Source: an uncultured Methanosarcinales archaeon
Lineage (GTDB): Archaea > Nanobdellota > Nanobdellia > Woesearchaeales > GW2011-AR4
NCBI GenBank assembly: GCA_964521145.1
Contig: CAZFPU010000004.1
Coordinates: 1-25,618 of the forward strand
Direction: 5' to 3'
DNA: 25,618 nucleotides
This document shows, one piece after another, positions 1 through 6,645 of the stretch; within the stretch, counting starts at the first letter, position 1; each line of letters opens with the position of its first letter. The notes beneath the pieces were generated by a model that saw only the letters and a list, made by a program, of their open reading frames with translations, had not been told where the DNA came from and ran no database searches. The position numbers and the translations under genes are program-made.

Positions 1-1
1 G

Positions 2-619
2 CAATTTTGGGATACTATCTCTGAGATTGAGTTCAATTCATATTTTGCAGGGAGATACCAAATAGAATTAGAACCTAAACTTTGGTACTCTCCTGAGAAA
101 TTCAAAAAATTAGATTCCCGAATAAAGTTGCATCAAAGAGATTTATTTTTTGAAATTTTAACGCCAAAAATGAATGAAGCTTTATTCAAAGGGAATGGCG
201 CAAAATTTTTGCCAAATCGTTCAAAAAATAAGTTTTTGGATAAACTAGATGGACAGCTGCAAGCTATTAAGGATATTGCAAGAAATCCAATTATTCTAGT
301 TATCAATTGTTCTTACTCAGAAATTGATGAAATTGATATAGAGAATACAATTCTTGGCGAAGATAAGTTCAATTGGACTGTTAATAGAAAAACAGGAGAA
401 GCAGTTGACTTCTATGAAACAAGAGATAATAATGCGATGGTTGATACAAATCCCAATTCTAAATGTATCAGTGCAGTTTTATTTTATAAGAGATTTGTTA
501 AGCCTTGGGGAATAGAATTTAAAAAAAGTTTAATACTTAATAAGAAAGCCGATTATCCCTTAAGTGCGACTGAATATAAGAAGCTTTGTAGATTTGATTT
601 GAGAAAAATTAGTTTGTGA
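2..619 (+). CDS. 5'-truncated hypothetical protein, possibly PD-(D/E)xK nuclease-like fold
   Basis: The frame is open from base 2 (QFWDTISEIEFNSYFAGRYQIELEPKLW...), so the TTG start at 128 in the ORF track is probably internal. LDSRIKLHQRDLFFEILTP followed by KFLDKLDGQL and IILVINCS loosely resembles a D...E-x-x core. Low GC (74/240 in the first 240 nt). Confidence 0.6.
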   Translation, partial: QFWDTISEIEFNSYFAGRYQIELEPKLWYSPEKFKKLDSRIKLHQRDLFFEILTPKMNEALFKGNGAKFLPNRSKNKFLDKLDGQLQAIKDIARNPIILVINCSYSEIDEIDIENTILGEDKFNWTVNRKTGEAVDFYETRDNNAMVDTNPNSKCISAVLFYKRFVKPWGIEFKKSLILNKKADYPLSATEYKKLCRFDLRKISL

Positions 620-681
620 TTCGTATTCCTATTGAAGTAATTTTTGCAGTAGTAAATGGTCATCCATTTGCATCACTGTTC

Positions 682-1392
682 TTATTTCCTAAAAAAATCA
701 ATCGCTTCCTGCAAAACCTGATACGCCCGAATGAATTCCTTCTTCTTGAAAGCAAAGGTAATCTGAGTATACGTAGAAACAACCGAAACCAAGTTGATCC
801 CATTTCTTGCCAGCCGATTTGTAAAATGCGCATAGATACCCGGATATTCGATCGATCTTTCCGATATTTTTTGGTTTTCCCTAATAGAAATCACGCTAAG
901 GCCTTTGGTTCTCTCAATTTGATATTTCTTGCATCCATCAAGCAAATGCTCGCTTTTAGAATCAATGATCAAGGTAACTTCTCCCGAACCTTGGTTGATG
1001 AAAAATATCTCCTCCTCATCCCACTTAATTTTTTTGGATACCTCGGAAAGTTGCTGCAATATGAAGTCATTGCGCTTAAAAGTTATATGTATGACATCGT
1101 TCTTGGTTGAGAGTTGTGACTGGGCTATGATGTTTTTCACCGCCCTAGAAACCGATTCCTTTTTCGTTTTATCGACGTAGCGCTTAATGGCAATAGAGAT
1201 CGATTCAATGGTCACCTTAGGATTCTCTTTTTGCAGGATCGGCAATAGCTTTCGAGCAAGCGCGCTGACATTTACCAGATCTTCATGCAAGATCTCGAGC
1301 AAGTAGAGATCATTCTCAAGCTGTTCTTTAACCAGATCCGTTGTCTTCGATAAATCTAACATTTTACTCAATTTTTGTTTATTTTTAGACAT
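682..1392 (-). CDS. ACT-domain protein with N-terminal helical/HTH-like region (aspartokinase C-terminal ACT-like, no kinase domain)
   Basis: C-terminal PGIYAHFTNRLARNGINLVSVVSTYTQITFAF matches the aspartokinase-type ACT repeat. N-terminal LVNVSALARKL...ESISIAIKRY is typical of archaeal stand-alone ACT proteins. Confidence 0.75.
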   Translation of the reverse strand: MSKNKQKLSKMLDLSKTTDLVKEQLENDLYLLEILHEDLVNVSALARKLLPILQKENPKVTIESISIAIKRYVDKTKKESVSRAVKNIIAQSQLSTKNDVIHITFKRNDFILQQLSEVSKKIKWDEEEIFFINQGSGEVTLIIDSKSEHLLDGCKKYQIERTKGLSVISIRENQKISERSIEYPGIYAHFTNRLARNGINLVSVVSTYTQITFAFKKKEFIRAYQVLQEAIDFFRK

Positions 1393-1452
1393 AATGTTGA
1401 AATATATAAAAATGTTTCCATTGCATAGATTGAAAAATCGGAGGAAAAGAAA

Positions 1453-2220
1453 ATGTGTGGCTCAATGTATGCACCAAGTATTGATGGATCGAATATAACC
1501 TTGATTGGGGTCGATTTTAGGGACAGAGAAGAAGGGCTAGGAAAATTGGAGCAATTATTGCATAAACTAAAACCAACCCTCATTGTCCATCCCTTCAGCG
1601 AAGAGGATCATCAGGAATTGACTCGAGCCCTGGATGAAACAGGATCAGAACTGCTTCAAAAAGGAGTTGATCCTGGTCAAATAGAAGATGCAGTAGAAAA
1701 GCTATACGATCTGATAATCCCATTCCCCGTTGCTGTAGGAAATGAATATGCCCAGGAGAATGGCATAAAGATCGCCTATGGCCAAAGGCCCTATCCATTC
1801 CTGATGATTGAGAGCAGGATCGATCATGCTAAGAGGCTTGCAACTGATCTTGTAGAGAGCGCTCAAAAGGGCAAACTGGGTAACAAAGCACTGTGGCAAA
1901 TCAATAATGCCTTGCACCAATACTATGGTCCAATTCCTTCAGAAGAAAAATTGGAGAGCCAGTGGGAGTATCTTAACGCCAAAGAAGGGTTCTGGAAGCA
2001 ATCAATGCATAATATCATCGACCAGCAAATCCTAAACCCCGGGCCAAATCATCCAAACAAGCTCATGAAACGGATAATAAAAGAGCTTGCGCAGGAAGAG
2101 GGCATCGTCGCAATTCCGATGAGAATGCAAAACATCACAACAAGCGTCGGATCGATCTATAACAAGACGAAAGGATATGGGGTGCAAAGAATCCCGCTGC
2201 TATACTCAAGCATAGGCTAG
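1453..2220 (+). CDS. hypothetical protein (weak N-terminal resemblance to TraB/PrgY/GumN fold)
   Basis: 255 aa ORF with GGAGG RBS near 1440, divergent from the ACT gene. ITLIGVDFRD...KLEQLLHKLKPTLIVHP resembles the TraB-family start. Confidence 0.65.
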   Translation: MCGSMYAPSIDGSNITLIGVDFRDREEGLGKLEQLLHKLKPTLIVHPFSEEDHQELTRALDETGSELLQKGVDPGQIEDAVEKLYDLIIPFPVAVGNEYAQENGIKIAYGQRPYPFLMIESRIDHAKRLATDLVESAQKGKLGNKALWQINNALHQYYGPIPSEEKLESQWEYLNAKEGFWKQSMHNIIDQQILNPGPNHPNKLMKRIIKELAQEEGIVAIPMRMQNITTSVGSIYNKTKGYGVQRIPLLYSSIG

Positions 2221-2900
2221 CGGTATTTTTTTAGAACATCATTGACTGCATTCTCAAGCCGCGCATCAGAAGCCTCCACAATTACCTGATCGTAAGGCCC
2301 CCTAAGCACGCCGCGCTCGATAAGATGCTCCTCGATCCATTCAGGGGTTTTTTTCTTTTTCATATCGATGAACCGTTGGAATTTTTCCTGAGAATAGCCG
2401 CCTTTATGTGTCCTTCGAAGCTCTCGAATCTTGTTTAAGATAACTCTTTTCTTGCCATCGATCCATTCATGGACCTTTATGTGTTTCATATCCACAAAAA
2501 CATACAATACTTTGTGGTATTTCTTGCTAAGAGAGATCGCTTCATCTTCAAGAGAGATCCGAATGGGCTTTGAATCAAAGTCATCGGGAAGGGGATCGTC
2601 GTCATCTTCATTGTGATCTTTTTTTTGTTTTATTTCTGTTGCTTTTTTTTGTTTGTGTTCTTGCAGTTTCTTTTCATTCTCTAATTGCTCTTTTAATGAT
2701 TGGTTTGCACGCTCCTCGTTCTCTTTTCTCCTTTGCTGCTTTTTTTCCTTCTGAGTTTGCTCGATTGTTTGTTTTTTTTGCGCTTGTTCGTTTTGATATT
2801 CAGAGGAGCAAGAATCGCACATTTTTTTATCGTCCACTAAAGTATAATTAGAAAAATATTTTCTTGAAGCGCATCTTGAGCATGCGAATGTAAAAGCCAT
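2217..2900 (-). CDS. Zn-ribbon plus coiled coil plus eRF1 middle-domain/VLRF1-like domain protein
   Basis: CSRC...CDSC at the N-terminus; K/Q/E-rich coil; acidic linker; then VLYVFVD-HIKVHEW-KRVILNKI-RRTHKGGYSQEKFQRFID-helix-YDQVIVEAS, in the order of the aeRF1/VLRF1 catalytic domain. Confidence 0.7.
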   Translation of the reverse strand: MAFTFACSRCASRKYFSNYTLVDDKKMCDSCSSEYQNEQAQKKQTIEQTQKEKKQQRRKENEERANQSLKEQLENEKKLQEHKQKKATEIKQKKDHNEDDDDPLPDDFDSKPIRISLEDEAISLSKKYHKVLYVFVDMKHIKVHEWIDGKKRVILNKIRELRRTHKGGYSQEKFQRFIDMKKKKTPEWIEEHLIERGVLRGPYDQVIVEASDARLENAVNDVLKKYR

Positions 2901-2934
2901 TTTGTATTGTTTTCTGGTTTTTTATTTTTTGATT

Positions 2935-3085
2935 TAAAGGCTATTGTATTTAGGCCGGGCCAGAGATGCCCGGCTACTTATTAATCAATATCCTAGTGCA
3001 ATGGAACGCCAAAAAAGCTATTGAACGAAACACCGTGCACTAAGATAGCAACAAAATGGATTCCGCGCGCACTAAATATCCTAGT
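2935..3085. repeat. Palindromic intergenic repeat family, copy 1 (composite)
   Basis: TATTTAG (2947) is followed by the stem gccgggc/gcccggc (2954-2974) and TATCCTAGTGCAA (2989-3001). Inverted motif copies TGCACTAAGATA (3036-3047) and GCACTAAATATC (3069-3080). Confidence 0.75.
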
Positions 3086-3120
3086 TTTTAAATTTCTCAA
3101 AAGCCTCACTCATCCAAATT

Positions 3121-5295
3121 CTAAGATAAACTACTCGTCAAGATGCCCGCTGCAACATAGTTGAAGATCAGCATCACGATCAATGATATCATGCAATAGA
3201 GTATCGTGCTCTTGATTAAATTCTTTCCTAACAAATATCGCTCATTGAGCTTGTCTGACCCGTTTTCAATGCCATTGACCAGGATGGTAAGTATATACGT
3301 GATCTGCACCACATAGATCCCAACGATGATCTGGAAGTAAAAAGTAGGGATGCCATCACCAAACAAACCGACCAAGCCTACCTGCTGCCCGGCCGCTGAT
3401 GCGCCTTCGGTCACCACCTGCAGTTGGCTTCCTAGTTTCCCTAAGATAGTCGTTACCATTGAGGTTATGCCAATCACAATGCCCGCGATCGCAGGGGTCA
3501 AGAATTTTATCTGCGAATTCATAGAGGATATAATGTCGGCCATCAGATCCCTAAGGCGCTCATTGACAGAATGGATCTCTTTTATGTATCGGCTTACATT
3601 GGTTAAGGCCTGGGCTGCGATATAAGGCCCTTTCTTCACGCTCTGAACCAATACCTTCATCGAGCTCTCGATCAGGCTAGAGGGATAATGGACGAGTGCC
3701 CCATGTTCGGGATCAAAGATGGCTTTTTGTACACTCAGCCCCAGTCTTCTGATGTTCGTATTTACCAGGCGAAAGAAGCTGCCAGAGATCGTCCCTTCCA
3801 TAACATTAGCAACCTTCTCAAATGCTATCTCGGCAGGAAGCCCATCTCCTAATCTATTCCCTAGTTGAAATAGCGCGCCTGCGAACTCCATCTCAAGTTT
3901 TTTTCCACGTTCACGGATCTCGATTATGTTTTTTGAGCGCAGCGAAAAATAGAGTCCAAATCCAAGCCCAAGGCCCAGGGTGACTCCAAGGCTTAATATT
4001 CCCGCGCCAAGACCAAAGGGGCCTATCTCCTCTTGAGTTGTTTGGCTGATCTTATAGCCAAGCAGGCAGAATTTACCTTTACACATGACATCCTTATCAT
4101 CGATGCCAAAGGGGATATCGGGAAATCCTATCTTATGCAAGATGAGCGGGCTAAAACCGATCAATAGAAGCACAAACCCAATGATGAGGCAGAAATACAA
4201 TGGGTTCATCGCAACTTCTGACTTCCCTATCTTGAAAAGGATGTTCTTGTACTTCTTGAGCTCTGGATTTTCTTCTGAGATATCGGTCTGCCCATAGCCC
4301 GTTGGCCTTCGAGAGAGCACATCTCTTCCAATAAAATAGACTGAAAGCGGCAAAGCGACATTATAGAGCGCGGCAATGTGATACCACTGCACGCCATCCA
4401 TGAAGCTGACGACAAGTGGGAGGATCACCAGCCCTAAAATGGGCAAGATGACCCCAAGCATGTGAAGCATGGTGATCGGGCTCTGCAAATTATGCGCGTA
4501 GTGCAACATCTTCTCATAGGTCTCGCTTAAGATCACATCAAGCGCCTTATCAAGAGTGGAAAGTCTTCGCTCTTCACTACCTTCATACAATGAGCCCTCG
4601 ACCAGGTGAAAGCTTTCAATGAACTCAAAGTTCCATTTTTTCCATGTCTCAAGATACATATCAACGCTTTCTTTGAGGCTGTCATACTTGTTGGTCTCGA
4701 CATCCCAAAGCACTTTTTTAAGATCCATGCTTAAAGGAGGCGCAAGATGATCAGCTGCAAATTCAAGAGCGTTCTCGAGATTCGATGTATGGCGCATATA
4801 GGTGACCACATAAAAGATGCATAATACCATCTGGTTGCTTGCCCTCATGCGCCAATTGTTTGCAAAGGATGCTGGAATGCCCCCCAATGGCTTAATGAGT
4901 ATAAGTCCTGATAGGAAACAGAATACAATGAGAAACGTGGATTGGGTTAGTAGATACGTAAGCAAAGACCCGAAGACTATTACTACCAGCGGAGCAAGAT
5001 ATGATAAAGAAACAACTCCCGTTGGAGTCACATTAAGATGGGCGATGTTGATGTGCTCAATGAGCTCCGCTTCCTTTTTCTTTCCAGGCCTAATGTTTAG
5101 TATCTTCTCGCTTAGGTTGCATATCTTCTCATAGAAGGTCATATGCAAAGGCATTAGCTCTTGCCTAAACTGCTGGTATTCTAGCGAAGAAGAAGCCTTT
5201 GGCTTGTAATTGACATCTCCTAATTCCTTCTCAATCTGCTTGCGATAATACGCGACAAGATCGCGTATCTGCGCACGTTCATCGACTGGTGGCAT
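3121..5295 (-). CDS. Type IV filament/T2SS-F inner membrane platform protein (TadB/TadC- or ArlJ-like, two T2SS-F domains)
   Basis: 724 aa polytopic membrane protein with two T2SS-F-like blocks (QMVLCIFYVVTYMRHTSNLENALEFAA; EFAGALFQLGNRLGDGLPAEIAFEKVA). GAGGT RBS. Downstream of and co-oriented with a VirB11-like ATPase. Confidence 0.85.
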   Translation of the reverse strand: MPPVDERAQIRDLVAYYRKQIEKELGDVNYKPKASSSLEYQQFRQELMPLHMTFYEKICNLSEKILNIRPGKKKEAELIEHINIAHLNVTPTGVVSLSYLAPLVVIVFGSLLTYLLTQSTFLIVFCFLSGLILIKPLGGIPASFANNWRMRASNQMVLCIFYVVTYMRHTSNLENALEFAADHLAPPLSMDLKKVLWDVETNKYDSLKESVDMYLETWKKWNFEFIESFHLVEGSLYEGSEERRLSTLDKALDVILSETYEKMLHYAHNLQSPITMLHMLGVILPILGLVILPLVVSFMDGVQWYHIAALYNVALPLSVYFIGRDVLSRRPTGYGQTDISEENPELKKYKNILFKIGKSEVAMNPLYFCLIIGFVLLLIGFSPLILHKIGFPDIPFGIDDKDVMCKGKFCLLGYKISQTTQEEIGPFGLGAGILSLGVTLGLGLGFGLYFSLRSKNIIEIRERGKKLEMEFAGALFQLGNRLGDGLPAEIAFEKVANVMEGTISGSFFRLVNTNIRRLGLSVQKAIFDPEHGALVHYPSSLIESSMKVLVQSVKKGPYIAAQALTNVSRYIKEIHSVNERLRDLMADIISSMNSQIKFLTPAIAGIVIGITSMVTTILGKLGSQLQVVTEGASAAGQQVGLVGLFGDGIPTFYFQIIVGIYVVQITYILTILVNGIENGSDKLNERYLLGKNLIKSTILYCMISLIVMLIFNYVAAGILTSSLS

Positions 5296-5389
5296 TGACC
5301 TCTTTTTTTAATGATTTGAAATGATTGTGAAAGTTAATAATTTTAGTGAAACAGTATCTTGATTTTTTGGATCTTTGTTTTTTGATTTT

Positions 5390-5490
5390 GAAAAGCTGCC
5401 ATCTACGCCGCACCAACTGCTAGGCAACTCACTTCGTTCGTTGCGGCGTGCGTGCGGCTTCTTATAATGCCCATATCTTAGTGCAATGGT
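5390..5490. repeat. Palindromic intergenic repeat family, copy 2
   Basis: GAAAAGC...ATCTAC, an inverted repeat acgccgca/tgcggcgt (5405-5412/5442-5449) and ATATCTTAGTGCAA (5473-5486). Its reverse complement shares TTGCACTAAGATAT-N6-TATAAGAAGCCGCAC with 11617-11651. Confidence 0.8.
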
Positions 5491-5505
5491 ATTTTTTAAA
5501 TTGGG

Positions 5506-6435
5506 TTATGATTTTTTCTTACGACTTTTTGAATGGCTCCTAGTTTTTGATGGATTAGATTGTTTTTGACCCATAGGCATTGCGTCTCGTATGCGCGCAC
5601 GAATGCCATGGGCTACATGCAGTATTTCCTCGAATTGAATGCCTTTTTTGGGATCGCTTCGATCTCTCCATAACACAACGAATGTATCCACGCTGTTGAG
5701 CACTTCTCGCAGTTGCGCTAGGCTTTCTTCGTGGGATATCCAATCTATATTTTCTCTCTGCAAGGTATCGAGCAGATTATTAACTCGATGCAGGGTTCGA
5801 TGGAATGCTTCTACCAACAGCTCTTCTCTTCTTAAATCAATCACGTACAGATGATGCTGGTAATCATAGAAATTAGGAATTTCATGCAAGAGATTGGAAA
5901 TCTGCTTATATGCAATGCTAAGGCGATTCCACTCCTGCTCACCAAGCGCATGCGAGGTTTTAGCGACATGAAGGATATGCTCAAAATCTCTTCGCACGAT
6001 GTAGAGATCTTCGCGGACAGCATGCGAGATCCCTTCAAGGGATATCTTGTGCATTTGCCGAATAGCCACGTCCTGATAGCGCGATACCAATCGTGCCATG
6101 AAAAGAGCAAACAAGAACAGACCACCGAAGCTTTCCAGCGCCGCAAAGGCACGCGAGAGTCCCTGTGGCACGATATCCCCATAACCTGTGTTCGTCGCTG
6201 TAATGACGCTATAATACAAGCTGTTTAAGAGCCTACCCTCCAAAGAAAAACTATCGATCGAAGTGGGCCCATTGCCGGGGCTGTAACTTAACAGGGTGTA
6301 TATCAATGCAAATAAGCATGCGTTTGCCAGCCATAATACAAAAATGGTTTTATAGGAGAATTTGTCGATCCAGTCCATGAGATCGCGCTTTTTGCGCAGG
6401 GGTAGCCAGCTGCCGTTGTCATTTGTTGCAGTCAT
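5506..6435 (-). CDS. Potassium channel family protein (2TM pore plus helical C-terminal cytoplasmic domain)
   Basis: TM1 (TIFVLWLANACLFALIYTLL), pore helix and filter (SLYYSVITATNTGYGDIVP), TM2 (RAFAALESFGGLFLFALFMARLV). The start may be at the second Met (MDWIDKF). Confidence 0.88.
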   Translation of the reverse strand: MTATNDNGSWLPLRKKRDLMDWIDKFSYKTIFVLWLANACLFALIYTLLSYSPGNGPTSIDSFSLEGRLLNSLYYSVITATNTGYGDIVPQGLSRAFAALESFGGLFLFALFMARLVSRYQDVAIRQMHKISLEGISHAVREDLYIVRRDFEHILHVAKTSHALGEQEWNRLSIAYKQISNLLHEIPNFYDYQHHLYVIDLRREELLVEAFHRTLHRVNNLLDTLQRENIDWISHEESLAQLREVLNSVDTFVVLWRDRSDPKKGIQFEEILHVAHGIRARIRDAMPMGQKQSNPSKTRSHSKSRKKKS

Positions 6436-6645
6436 TGTTTTGTTGTTTCAGGAAATGTTTTTAATTCCTCATATTTGTTCGCAATTATGCTGATACGACC
6501 GACTCGGCATTTATTTCCTATTGGTTGGATCGTTACTTGCATTGTTTGAGGAAATCGGGACAAAAGACCAATGATGTCTTTTATGCAGTCGCGGAGATTT
6601 TCCGTTTGACATTTTTTATTAAAAGATGAGTCGAAAATTTTGCTC

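Noticed and set aside
616-1110. 164-aa plus-strand ORF
   Set aside because: Antisense shadow of the ACT-domain gene, with no motif of its own.
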